64,000 bases of DNA from Candidatus Hydrogenedentota bacterium (GCA_963674865.2 CAXXYE010000004.1:128001-192000), one strand, 5' to 3'; positions 40,832 through 51,800 are shown, counted from the stretch's first letter. The notes: generated by a model not told the origin, from the letters alone. Translations and numbers: made by a program.

Positions 40832-41545
40832 TCAGGTGCGGCCAGTGGCGTGGGAGTCGCCGCTTTCGTCTTGTGGCTCTCCAAGCGCATCGAGGATGGA
40901 TTTGGCCACCAGCTGAGCGAGGGCCTTGGAGCCTTTATCGGTGAAGTGGACGTTATTGGGCCGTTGAAGCTCGTCAAGCCGGGGCAGCGTGAAAGCATAG
41001 AGGTCGTCCACGGCCACCTCATGCCGCTTCATGATCTTGAGGGCGGCGGCATTGTATCGCTTCGCCTGGCGGGCCTCGCGGAGAGGGCCTTCGGGTCGAT
41101 CGGGGTAGGCGGTAGTGGTAGCGAAGATCAGCTTGGCGCCGGTGTCCTTCAGGCGGCGGACGATAACCTCCATGTTCTTCTTGTACTGCCTGAGAGGCAC
41201 CTGGATATGGCCGCTTTCTTCGAACGCCGAGTTCTTGCCGTTTTCGTCCACGTACTTGAGATCGTGGAGGCCGTGGTTGAAGTGGATGACGTCCCATTTC
41301 GTGTTGCCGAGCCACTCGTCGAGGCGGGCGACGCCGTTGCCGGAATGGGTGGCATTGCCGGGATTGTGTACGACTTCAGCTTTTCCCTTGAGGAGCGTTT
41401 CAAGCGGCGGTGTGTATCCGATGGAGATGGAATCGCCGATAATGAGCACCTTGGGCAGGTCGGGCTTGATGCCTGTGCTGACGTCTTGAGCGTCTGCTCC
41501 GAATAGCAACTGAGTTGATGCAACGAAGAATAGACACATGGCCAA
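40832..41545 (-). CDS. SGNH/GDSL hydrolase, secreted
   Basis: LPKVLIIGDSISIGY, HFNHGLHD, NVHF; AAGGAG RBS. Confidence 0.92.
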   Translation of the reverse strand: MAMCLFFVASTQLLFGADAQDVSTGIKPDLPKVLIIGDSISIGYTPPLETLLKGKAEVVHNPGNATHSGNGVARLDEWLGNTKWDVIHFNHGLHDLKYVDENGKNSAFEESGHIQVPLRQYKKNMEVIVRRLKDTGAKLIFATTTAYPDRPEGPLREARQAKRYNAAALKIMKRHEVAVDDLYAFTLPRLDELQRPNNVHFTDKGSKALAQLVAKSILDALGEPQDESGDSHATGRT

Positions 41546-41682
41546 AGCTGCTCCTTTGTCGATTGTGCGCTTTTCGTCAGCCTACCAACACGGCGGAGGA
41601 ATTGCCACTAATCCCGTTCGTGGGTGGGCCAGGGCCACTCCGATAGCTGGGCCCTACTTGACGACGGCCGACATTGTGTGAG

Positions 41683-42381
41683 CTACCTTATTCGCAGCGC
41701 GTTGGGAGCGTCCTCCGGCAGAGTGCAGTCGAAGCGGCGGTAGCCGAATGCGTCAAAATCCTCGGCGGCATAGGCCCATACCATCTGTTCCTCATCCGTG
41801 CCGCGGAAGTGATCGAAGAAGCTGCCTGGTGGACGAATGCCCCTTTCGGGATGATGCGGGAAAGGGGGCACGTTATCGGGATCGACGAAGGGAAGCTCGA
41901 TTAGGCACTCCGGCAACCGCTCGAAGTAGAGCACCAGCTTCACCCGTGCCCGATCAATGAAACGCTTCTGGTTGATGTCGTGCCCCTCGCTCTCGTTCCT
42001 GAGGACGGCGTCGCGGATTCTCTCCTCGAGTGGGATGGCCGACTGCTGAGGCATTTCCTTTTGCTGCTGTTTCTCTCTTGTCTTCAGAATGGCGCGGGAT
42101 TTCCTGAGTCGTTCCTTCTCGCTCCGGCACGGCCCCAATTCTTGCTCCGTCACCCCCTGGTCGTCCCAGCATACGGCGAAGTGGCCGCCTGTGGCTCTGT
42201 CGTAAGGATTTCGCACAATCGTGAAAATCAGATAATCAGCGGCTTCTTCAGGAACGTCGTAGTCATGATGGCCGCCATACCACTGGCCGTCGAAGTACTC
42301 GACGAGCCAGTTGTTCATTGACTTCGAGGCGTTGCGCGGGATGCCTATGTAGACGTACTTGTGAGTATGAGAAATGATCAT
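41683..42381 (-). CDS. Sulfotransferase family 2 protein
   Basis: YIGIPRNASKS (5'-PSB loop), TIVRNPYDR (3'-PB), FERL, DFDAFGY; ATG at 42381. Confidence 0.82.
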   Translation of the reverse strand: MIISHTHKYVYIGIPRNASKSMNNWLVEYFDGQWYGGHHDYDVPEEAADYLIFTIVRNPYDRATGGHFAVCWDDQGVTEQELGPCRSEKERLRKSRAILKTREKQQQKEMPQQSAIPLEERIRDAVLRNESEGHDINQKRFIDRARVKLVLYFERLPECLIELPFVDPDNVPPFPHHPERGIRPPGSFFDHFRGTDEEQMVWAYAAEDFDAFGYRRFDCTLPEDAPNALRIR

Positions 42382-42692
42382 ACCGCGTTCTCTCTTCGCT
42401 GCAGGACGGTGCCCGACGGTTTTCTCGCCACGAGCTTGTTGACTGGGTGGGCGTGGGGAGGGCTGCCGGGATGCTGATCTTAGAACACATAGCTTCGCTC
42501 CAGCAGCGGCTCCCAATCCGAATAGTACGTGAAGATCTCGCCCTCGCGAAACAGGCCAACGCAGAATGCTTTCATATCCTCCGGCGGCGGAATGGCGTCC
42601 GTGAACACGACAATACGAACTTCCTTACTAGGCTCGCCGAAGGTCGGCGTATCCAGAGCCGTGTACGCTTTCTCCCAGAACGGACGTGACAT
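42378..42692 (-). pseudogene. Remnant of a TehB-like SAM methyltransferase gene (internal deletion plus nonsense codon)
   Basis: RBS+ATG MSRPFWEKAY..TFGEPSKEV joined directly to VVFTD...LFREGEIFTYYSDW..YVF*DQHPG..HAHPVNKLVARKP; in-frame TAA at 42480-42482; no GxGxG motif. Confidence 0.6.
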
Positions 42693-42841
42693 GGTGCGCC
42701 TCTCCTGCCAATCTGTGCGCCGCTTACATGAAGCCGACACCCAGGACTGCCACCTTGAGGAAAGAACTCCCCTAACCCTCCCCAGCGTACACGCCAAATC
42801 CCCTTGCATCAGAGTATTCTGGCTAAAGGTCGAACAGGGGC

Positions 42842-43648
42842 TCAGGTTGTCGCATCCCAAGAACGCCAATGCCCGTCGAACATCCAACTGTCGCGGCTGT
42901 ATCCGTAGATCTCAAAATCGCTTCTGTAGATTCTGTATACACGATCAGCCAGTGAACGATCATAGGTAGACGCGTGCGCAATCTGCGGCGTCTAGTTAAC
43001 ACGCTCGGATAGACCGGCGATCAGTTTGTCGGGAGCCCTGAGTTGGCACAGGACGCGTCCGAAATCTTCCTGGAAGGACTCAAAGCGTCCAACGAAATCG
43101 TAGTCGATCACGTCGGGAGTCAGGGAACTTGTCTGACTGCGCCAATGGGCGTCTCGCTCCGAGTCCGGCGTCTCCTCGACGTAGCGCACAAAGTCGCGAA
43201 AGGCCACAATGCCCGCCGGCTGCCCGTCGCTTAGAGGATAGTCGTTGGCGCGTCGTATCTCATTTCTTGCGTATTCGTACTGCGGGTCGCCCCACATGAT
43301 CTTGGACTTGTAAGCCGAGAAGAGCCGGAAATAAGGATTGCGCACGAAGCAGAACCGGAACCACTTCCCCGAAGTGAGCATTTCGACAGCTTCAGCGGCC
43401 TGGAAGTCGGTCAGCTTGGGTACGAACGTGTGGCCGGGAAGCTCGCGGTGATGAATCTGGCCCATATCTTCAGGTACCGCATAGCCATCCAGTTGGTGGA
43501 GCACAAGCTTGATTTTCGTACAGGCGTTCTTAGGAATCGACATGTAGATGTACTTGTGTTTGGGCGAGGCCCAGCAAGGATAGGCGAGATTGCTGTGAGG
43601 GTCACCCTTGTGTTTCTCGACAAACTCGGCCAAGTCGCATGTGCGCAT
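42842..43648 (-). pseudogene. Sulfotransferase family 2 gene interrupted by an in-frame TAG
   Basis: IPKNACT, FVRNPYFRLFSAY, DAHWRSQ, YDFVGRFE; after TAG 42992-42994 the frame continues TPQIAHASTYDRSLADRVYRIYRSDFEIYGY to TGA at 42842. Confidence 0.8.
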
Positions 43649-43794
43649 TGCGTCTTCCTCTGCGGTGTTTGATCATTCTGATTGATATCTCGCTGACGGC
43701 CTACACATTCCTATCTATCAAGGCGTCCATTCCCAATGCCATCCAACCCAAACCAGCGCTCCCCATTTGACGGTTCCCATCTGATCCGGGTCAA

Positions 43795-45264
43795 TTACTC
43801 GGACAGAACGCCGCCATCTACCGGGCGCGTTCCGCCAGGGCCTGCCCCCTTCTTCACGTCTGAAAGAAGTTCGGACAGTTCTTTGACCACCTCAGGAAGC
43901 TCGGCGTATAGGTTCTTTCTTTCGGCGATGTCGTCCATGACGTTGAAGAGTTCGCCGGGGAGGTCATGCCCCGTGTAGCCGCGTTCGTCCTTGAACCAAT
44001 CGGGCTCGTGGTTGTCGTCGCCGGTGGGGGCGTCGATGAACACCCAGTCGCCTTTGCGGATGGCGAAGCGCCCGGAGCCGCTATGGTGGACGGCGAAGGT
44101 CCTCGGGGACGCACCGGACGAGTCTCCTCGGAGCAAGGGCAGCACGCTGACGCTATCTTCGGCGGCGCCCGGGGGAAGGGGCGTGCCGAGGATATCCGCG
44201 CAGGTGGCCATGAGGTCGCTCAGGCTGGCGAGGCCGTCGCATTCGACGCCCGGCTGCGTCACGCCGGGCCAGCGCGCGAGGAAGGGCACGCGGTGGCCGC
44301 CTTCCCATGTATCCCGCTTCAGGCCGCGTAGGTGAGCCATGCTGTAATGGCTGTGCTCACGGATGCGCTCGTAGGCCGAGTTTTCCGGGCCGTTGTCGCT
44401 GGTGAAGATGAGGAGCGTGTCGCCGGCGATGCCTTTCCTCTCCAAGGCGTCCATGACTTGGCCGACGGCCCAGTCCACCTCGCACACGAAGTCGCCGTAT
44501 AGGCCGGCTTCGCTCGCGCCTTGGAAGTCCTCCGTCGGGACGATGGGCTCGTGGGGCGCCGTCAGGGGGAAGTAGAGGAAGAAGGGATCGTCGCCGGACT
44601 CCTCGATGTACTTCACGGCACGCCGGGTGAGTTCGGGCATGACGGCTTCCAGTCTCCATCCTGGCGCCATGGCGCCGGGGTGGCCGAACATCTCCTGGGG
44701 CTTGTCTTCGGTGGGCTGGCTTACGAGCCGGTCTTGCTCGAACCATGTGTAGGGCGGGAAATTCGGCACATCCTCGCCGAAGTAACAGTCAAAGCCGCAA
44801 TCGACGGGGCCGCCCCGAAGCGGCTTCGTGTAGTCGATGTTCTTTCCGAGTTCGTACCGGGCCGCCGCGTCCCACACGCCGTATCCGACGCCCTTGTTGG
44901 CCGGTTGCCCGTCCTTCGTTTCCCAGTGCCAGCCCAGATGCCACTTGCCGATGCACGCCGTGTGATATCCCTGCTCGCGCAGGAGTTGGGCCACGGTGAA
45001 ACGCTCGGATTCGATGAGAGGCGGATCCCACGGCCAGAGGACGCCGCGCTTGAGCCGCGTGCGCCAGGAGTAGCGCCCCGTGAGGATGGCGTAGCGGCTT
45101 GGCGTGCAGACGCTCGAAGGGGCGTGGGCGTCGGTGAAGCGGATTCCCTGTGAGGCCAAGCGATCCAGATGGGGCGTGGGAATTCTCGAGCCGGGATTAT
45201 TGCATCCCGTATCCCCGAAGCCCATATCATCCGCGAGGATATAGACAATGTTTGGCCTTGCCAT
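43795..45264 (-). CDS. Arylsulfatase (S1, Cys-type)
   Basis: PNIVYILADDMG, CTPSR..ILTG, GKWHLG, TSDNG, EGGHRVPF. Confidence 0.95.
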   Translation of the reverse strand: MARPNIVYILADDMGFGDTGCNNPGSRIPTPHLDRLASQGIRFTDAHAPSSVCTPSRYAILTGRYSWRTRLKRGVLWPWDPPLIESERFTVAQLLREQGYHTACIGKWHLGWHWETKDGQPANKGVGYGVWDAAARYELGKNIDYTKPLRGGPVDCGFDCYFGEDVPNFPPYTWFEQDRLVSQPTEDKPQEMFGHPGAMAPGWRLEAVMPELTRRAVKYIEESGDDPFFLYFPLTAPHEPIVPTEDFQGASEAGLYGDFVCEVDWAVGQVMDALERKGIAGDTLLIFTSDNGPENSAYERIREHSHYSMAHLRGLKRDTWEGGHRVPFLARWPGVTQPGVECDGLASLSDLMATCADILGTPLPPGAAEDSVSVLPLLRGDSSGASPRTFAVHHSGSGRFAIRKGDWVFIDAPTGDDNHEPDWFKDERGYTGHDLPGELFNVMDDIAERKNLYAELPEVVKELSELLSDVKKGAGPGGTRPVDGGVLSE

Positions 45265-45289
45265 CACGTCCCTCTTTTCACGGCGGCGC

Positions 45290-46687
45290 CTACGGCTGTA
45301 TGTCGGCGCGCGTGCTCCAGAACGCCTTGCCCGTGGCGTGTTTGGCGTCGTCCCACGCGTCCCGCAACGCCAGCAGCCGGTGTCGCATGTCGCGGACGAG
45401 CGGCGCGGCTTCCTGTGCGTGAACGCGATCATACATCTCGTGCGGATCTTCAGATAGGTCGAATAGCTGCGTCGCGCCGCAGGCGTATTCGATGAGTTTA
45501 TGGCGTCCGTCCGTGACGCCTCGAATGCTGTCAGCGTACGCCAGGTAGAGGACATCGCGGACGGCGTGCTCTGCATCGCTCAGGCAAGATGCGAGTGAAT
45601 TGCCTTCGACAGACTCCGGCGTGTCGCCCCCGGTGAGGTCGCACAGCGTGGGGAAGATGTCCAGGAGATAGACGAGGGCGTCCCGGCGCGCGCCTTGGGG
45701 AATGCCCGGGCCGCGGAGGATCAAAGGTACGCGGACACTGTGATCGTAGAGATTCTGCTTGCCCATCAGGCCGTGCCGGCCCACCGCCAGGCCGTTGTCG
45801 CCTGCGAAGACGATGAGCGTGTTGTCGAGTTCGCCCAATTCACGGAGCACGGCGGTGAGGCGGCCGAGCGCGTCGTCGAGGTGGGAGATCATGGCGTAGT
45901 ACTCGGCAATGTGACGCTTGACCTCCTCGGGATCACGCGGGAAGGCGGCGAGGAGTTCATCACGGATGCGCAATGCGCCCGTGTCGATGAGGTGCTCGGG
46001 GGCGAAGCTCTCCGGCAATTCGATCTTCGAGGGGTCATACATCTTGAGAAAGCGCTCAGGCATGGTTCGCGGGTCGTGCGGCGCCATGAGTGACACATAC
46101 ATGAAGAAGGGCCGGCTGTCCTCCCGCTGCGTCAAGAACGCGTGAGCAGCGTCCACGAAGAGCTCCGTCGAGTGTTTGCCGGCGGTGACGTGGTCGCAGG
46201 CCCGGTAGCGGAGGGCGTTCGAGAAAGCCGGGTCGGCGACGAAGGGGCACCGCGTATCATACCGGCCCGAAGGATCGAAGTGATAGGCGGGGACATTCCA
46301 GTGGTCACCCATGCCGCCGAAGAAGATATCATCGCCCGCGTCGAAGCTTCGCGCAAAGGCGGCCGTGCCGTTGTGCCATTTGCCGGTGCCGAAGCAGTTG
46401 TATCCGCGTTGCCGGAAGTACTCGCCCATGGTGGTGTGCTCTTCCGGTATATCCTGCCCTTCCCGGTCGATGTGGAAGAGCGTGCGCCCGGTGTGGAGCA
46501 TGGCGCGGCTGGGCATGCAGACGGCGCCGCAGGTACCGCCCGGGATATGGGCGCGGGTGAAGACTGTTCCTGTGTTGCAGAGGTCGTCCAGGTTCGGCGT
46601 CGCAATCTGGTTGTTGCCGAGGGCATGGATGGTATCGAAGCGTTGGTCGTCTGTGAAGAAGAAGAGAACGTTCGGCGTGTTGCTCAT
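45290..46687 (-). CDS. Sulfatase (S1, Cys-type; choline-sulfatase-like)
   Basis: PNVLFFFTDDQR, CMPSRAMLHTG, GKWHN, APHDP, GDNG, GKQNLY. Confidence 0.95.
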   Translation of the reverse strand: MSNTPNVLFFFTDDQRFDTIHALGNNQIATPNLDDLCNTGTVFTRAHIPGGTCGAVCMPSRAMLHTGRTLFHIDREGQDIPEEHTTMGEYFRQRGYNCFGTGKWHNGTAAFARSFDAGDDIFFGGMGDHWNVPAYHFDPSGRYDTRCPFVADPAFSNALRYRACDHVTAGKHSTELFVDAAHAFLTQREDSRPFFMYVSLMAPHDPRTMPERFLKMYDPSKIELPESFAPEHLIDTGALRIRDELLAAFPRDPEEVKRHIAEYYAMISHLDDALGRLTAVLRELGELDNTLIVFAGDNGLAVGRHGLMGKQNLYDHSVRVPLILRGPGIPQGARRDALVYLLDIFPTLCDLTGGDTPESVEGNSLASCLSDAEHAVRDVLYLAYADSIRGVTDGRHKLIEYACGATQLFDLSEDPHEMYDRVHAQEAAPLVRDMRHRLLALRDAWDDAKHATGKAFWSTRADIQP

Positions 46688-46819
46688 GGAGCCTCCCCAA
46701 TTCTGAGGACACTTGGCTGTGTTGGGTGGAGCATAGCCCATGACAGAAACCAGCGCAAAGGCGTCGTTGTTCAGCCTGGTTCTGGAGCCGGTTGGCCAGG
46801 TGGGGGAGGCGGGAGCGTG

Positions 46820-47221
46820 TTATCCGGGCGAGGCTATCGCCCCACCCTGGGCAGCACAGGCGGAAATGGCTTCATCCTCACGTAGCCACGCCAGTGCGTC
46901 TTCGCGTTGCCTGAACAGGCGCATCGTAGGTGTGTACTTCATCATCTCGGTAAAGGCCTGAAACATCCTGCCCAATCCGTAGTCGACATCCTTGCTGGCG
47001 ACGCCGGCGGTTTTCCCCCCATGTCTGTTCTTGGCTGCTCTTGAAACGTATTCCGCGATGCTTTGGACTTGTGCTCCCGAGAGCTCGCCGAGCGTGCCAT
47101 CGGTGAAATCCCACAAGACGTGGAGGCTCGCTTGACCGGCGTAGAAGGTCTTCAGGCTGTTCATGGCCTGATCCAGTGTGACCGCCCCCTCGACGGTGTG
47201 GATGGTGAGCAACCCGTCCAT
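46820..47221 (-). CDS. Small STAS/SpoIIAA-like hypothetical protein (possible 5' frameshift)
   Basis: LWDFT, YGLGRMF, FR..EDALAWL; the better RBS-linked ATG at 47246 is in another frame. Confidence 0.6.
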   Translation of the reverse strand: MDGLLTIHTVEGAVTLDQAMNSLKTFYAGQASLHVLWDFTDGTLGELSGAQVQSIAEYVSRAAKNRHGGKTAGVASKDVDYGLGRMFQAFTEMMKYTPTMRLFRQREDALAWLREDEAISACAAQGGAIASPG

Positions 47222-47620
47222 TGTGACGCGTGGTGTGGATTGGCATCGTAGCAGCCCTCACTTCCGCTCATGCATAACGAAAACGCGTGCACTTGCCCAT
47301 GAGCCCGAGCCGTCGCTTATCTCACTAACACCCGTATGGTTATTATACGCCAAAATCGAATAAAGTGCGGCTTTTTCTTTGTTATCACGCGCCGGCGTTT
47401 TTTGTAAGTGCCTGTGGAAACACTTGTTAAGCGCTATGCGACATCCCGCCGTTGCCCGAGTTGCGGGTGATTGGACTGCCTCATGGCGGCGTTGGCGGTT
47501 AGAAGAGCCCTCACCGGCTATCCCCGTTGATGACGGGATAGGATGCCTGTATGATCTGAGGAAGGCGTGGACGTGTGTTAAAAGTATGAGCGCCGGGAGT
47601 GATGCGGAAGGGAGACGACA

Positions 47621-48568
47621 ATGAATTACGTGCCGTTTGCGGGGACAGGCGTCCGTGTGTCGGAGTATTGCATGGGGACGATGACCTTCGGGAATGAAGC
47701 CGACGAGAAGACTTCCGTCGCGCTCATGGATCGGGCATTGGAAGCCGGCATTAACTTCTTCGACACAGCAAATGTCTACGTCAAGGGTGTCTCGGAAGAG
47801 ATTGTGGGACGGTGGCTGAGGGGACGCCGCGAGGAGATCATCCTGGCGTCGAAGGTGCACCAGCCGGTTGGGCCGGGCCCGAATGAGCGGGGAAGTTCCC
47901 GGCGGCATATTCTTATCGAGGTGGAAAAGAGCCTGAAGCGGCTCCAGACGGACTGGCTGGACATTCTCTATCTGCACCTGTGGGACGAGGAGGCCGCGCT
48001 CGAGCAGTCGCTGGCGGCCGTGAGCAACCTTATCGACCAGGGCAAGGTGTGTTACTGCGCGGTGTCGAACTTCTCGGCCTGGCAAACGATGAAGGCCATT
48101 GCTGCCGCTGAGGCAGGGAATCTGGCCCCCATCGTGTGCATCCAGCCGATGTACAACTTGGTGAAGCGACAGGCGGAAGTCGAGATCCTGCCGATGGCGC
48201 TGTCGGAAGGGATTGCCGTATGTCCCTACAACCCGCTGGCGGCCGGTGTCCTGACGGGCAAGTATCTTACCGGCGAGAAGGGCCGTCTGGACGAGAACGC
48301 TATGTACAAGGAGCGTTACAAGGAGCCGGAATATGGGGAGGTCGCGGCGCGCTTTGTCCAGTTTGCCAAAGGACGCGGTGTGTCGCCCGCGGCATTGGCG
48401 GTGGCGTGGGTGCAGTCCCATCCGGCCGTGACATCGACCATCCTCGGGGCTCGGAACATGGCGCAGCTCAATGATACGCTGGGGTGTCTGGACATTGCCC
48501 TCACGCCTGAGGAACGGGCGGAAATCGCCTTGTTCTCGAGGACCCCGCCCTTGGCTACGGATCGCTAG
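47621..48568 (+). CDS. Aldo/keto reductase
   Basis: MGTMTFG, GINFFDTANVY, SLKRLQTDWLD..YLH, GKV.Y..VSN, QPMYNL, YNPLAAG. Confidence 0.95.
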   Translation: MNYVPFAGTGVRVSEYCMGTMTFGNEADEKTSVALMDRALEAGINFFDTANVYVKGVSEEIVGRWLRGRREEIILASKVHQPVGPGPNERGSSRRHILIEVEKSLKRLQTDWLDILYLHLWDEEAALEQSLAAVSNLIDQGKVCYCAVSNFSAWQTMKAIAAAEAGNLAPIVCIQPMYNLVKRQAEVEILPMALSEGIAVCPYNPLAAGVLTGKYLTGEKGRLDENAMYKERYKEPEYGEVAARFVQFAKGRGVSPAALAVAWVQSHPAVTSTILGARNMAQLNDTLGCLDIALTPEERAEIALFSRTPPLATDR

Positions 48569-48676
48569 ACTGCGCGGCGGCGCCTCAATAGCGAACACCG
48601 TGCGGACCATCGAGCCAGTAGCCTCGCAGGCCCCCATTGTGCGGCAACCTGCTCAGGGCCGGCGAACTCATAACCT

Positions 48677-48705
48677 TTGACGAAATCCGACTTTAGCTGT
48701 ATATA
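48677..48705 (+). promoter_or_regulatory. Putative sigma70 promoter of the giant surface protein gene
   Basis: TTGACG-17 nt-TATATA in an AT-rich patch. Confidence 0.5.
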
Positions 48706-48834
48706 TAGATCGAGGGCTATTTATATTGGGTTTGAGGATTGACGGCCGCCCTATGCCCGACTGAGGGGGCCTGTGCCGAGAGGGCCTGAAAGGGGACGCG
48801 CGGCCGGCCAAAAGAGAGCCGTGGGGAACGAGCC

Positions 48835-51800
48835 ATGAAAACGGCGAAGATGGGGGCATTTCTCGGGGTCCTGGGGCTTTTTGTCGGGCACTTGGCCTCT
48901 GCCCAGATTCACGTTGATGTGAATAGCGATGCCACCACTCCCGACGGCTTGAGTTGGGATACCGCGTACACGACCATTCAGGAAGGCATTGACCACCCCG
49001 ATGCGACGATCTATCCTGTGTGGGTGGCCGAAGGAGAGTACGTTGAATCCATTGCGCTAAAGAGCGGTGTCAAAGTATACGGAGGCTACCCCAAGGGGGG
49101 GGGCACGCGCGACACAGCGGCCAACGTAACGATCATCAACGGCAATGGCGCCTACCATACGGTGACCATAGGGAGCGGCGCTGCGGCTATCACGAATGCC
49201 CTTGTGGATGGATTCACCATTAAGGGAGGCAACGCCGACGGTACGGGCGGTGCGGAATCCTATTACGGCGGCGGCGTCTTCTTCGAGAACGCCGATACAA
49301 CCAACGGACTCGCCAACTGCCTTATCGAGGGCAATCAGGCTGGCTTCGGAGCGGGCATCGCCTGCTATGCTGCCGCCTCGCCGCTGATCTCGGACTGCAC
49401 GATCAACAGCAATGTCGCCTCGATAAGCGGCGGCGGCCTGGCGGCTTTCGGCACGTGCGCGCCGGGCGTGTCGCGGTGTGTTTTCGCCGCCAATAGTGCG
49501 ACGCAGAACGGGGGCGGCGTCTACCTATCCAACGGCGATCAGACGCTGAGCAACTGCATTTTCGACAGCAACGATGCCGCACAGGGCGGCGGCATGTACT
49601 GCACGACAAGTTCCGGCGCCGCCGTCACCCAGGAGGTCCGGCATTGCACCTTCTACGGCAACACCGCAGGCGAGAACGGCGGCGGCCTTTTCTGCGCCTC
49701 TGCGATGCGGGGGAAGGTCTTGAGCATTGCCAACTCGATCTTCATGGGCAATGGGCAGTATGCCGTCTATGAGGCGCCCGATGCCGATCTCGAGCCTAAC
49801 ATCGTGAAATGTCTTTTCTATGAGAATCCCGACGGGGACTATTACGACTCAATGACGGATGCGCAGACGGGCGCCGACAACATTAACCTGAACGTGACGG
49901 GGGCGCTGAACAATCTGGAAGGCAACCCGCGCTTTGTGGATGCCTTGGCGGGCGACTTCCACCTGCAAGACGGCTCCGTGGCCCTCGAACGCGGCAGCGC
50001 GGACTGGGCCGTTCCTGTGGATATCGATGGAGAGGGGAGGCCCGGCAACGACGGACTCATCGACATTGGCGTGGACGAAGCCGATGCCCTGACGGCCCCG
50101 GCTGACGCAACGGCGCCGGTGTCACGAGTCAGGGGGCTGCCCGCTGCGACACCGGCAGCGGTTTTCAACGTGCCCTATCGTGTGTCCGACACGGCGTCAG
50201 GCTTTCAGTACGTCGAGTTGTACTATCGCTACAACGGCGGCGCATGGACAAAGTACGGGGGGACTTACGCGGACAATCCCATTTCTTTTGACAGTGCTGC
50301 GACGGGGGGGGACGGCCGGTACGATTTCTACACCATTGCTACGGACGAGGCCAACAACGTCGAGGCTGCTCCTGCCGAGGCCGACGACTCAACCGTCGTG
50401 ATCACAGCGTTTGCCGGCGCCACCGTGTACGTGGATCAGGACGCCACAGGGGCCGAGACGGGCGCGTCCTGGGCCAACGCCTTGCATGAGATTGGCGCCG
50501 GTGTCATCGTGGCAATTAACTTCGGGGCCGACCAAGTCTGGGTGGCTGAAGGAACCTACTCCGAAGCAATCACCATCGACGATATCGTCAAGGTCTACGG
50601 GGGCTTCACCGGCGTCGAGGCGGATCTGGTTTCGCGCGACCCCGTGGCGAATGTGACTACGATCGATGGTAGCCAGGCTGACTACGGCGCCCCTGCCAAG
50701 CACGTGGTCTATCTTGAATACACCACCGACTCGTGGCTCGATGGCTTCACCATCACCGGGGGCCAGGCCGACAGAGGCTTCGAACCGGACAACGGAGGCG
50801 GGGGAATCTACTGCGATCAGGTAGACAACACGAATACCATCGCGCAATGCGTGATCTCCGACAATGCGGCCGCGCTGAGGGGGGCAGGGGTCTGCCTGAT
50901 TAACGCTTCTCCCGGCATTGTGGGCTGTTCCATTACGGAGAACACGTCTCAGGGGTCGGGCGGGGCCATTTTTTGCCAGGACGCCAGCCCGGCGTTGACG
51001 AATTGCGTCATCGCTGCGAATACGGCGGTGGGGCCGGGCGGTGCAATTCACTCAGGCCATGATGCGTCGCCAACCATCACCAATTGCTCTATTTGCGACA
51101 ACACGTCTTCGGGGATGGGCGGCGGGTTCTTCTGCGGGAGCTACAATCCTATCAGCCCCGTTATTACTAACACGGTCTTCAGGGGCAACGCAGAGTACGC
51201 CATTTGCCGAAGTAACGAGGGCGGGTCCACTCCGAACCTTCAGGTTTCCTACTGTTTGTTCTACTCGAACCAGTTCTACGATAGCGATCTCGGCGCCGAC
51301 CAGCCTGGGGACATCTACGACGCCTATGGCGCCGCCAATCCCTACGCGGGGGCGACGGACGTCAACGGCTTGGCCTGGGCAAGCGATTGCCTAGACGGCG
51401 CGCCGGCTTTCATAAGTCTGGCTGCCGGCGACTACCGCTTGCGCTACAACTCGGCGTGCATCGATGCCGGAGACAGTGCCACCGGAGGATTGCCGGACAC
51501 GGACGCTGCCGGTAATCCGCGGATCGTCAACGGCCTGGTAGACATCGGCGCGTATGAATTGAACGATCTCACGGCGCCCGGCGTCGTATCCGTGCTGCGC
51601 ATGGACCCGAGTCCGACGACCTCCGCCACCGTGCGCTTCAGCGTGACGTTCAGTGAAGAAGTCTCCGGCGTGGATGCATCGGATTTCGCCCTTATCGCGG
51701 CAGGGAAAGCCCTCTCAGGCGCCACGATCCAATCTGTAACCGGAGTGGGCGACACCTACACGGTGACGGTAAGCACGGGCACCGGCGAAGGCACGCTCCG

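Noticed and set aside
47258..48637. Long antisense ORFs (this 459-aa one; also 23379-24605, 31948-33135, 11793-12824, 57122-58024)
   Set aside because: Shadow frames of well-supported opposite-strand genes in GC-rich DNA, with no recognisable motifs
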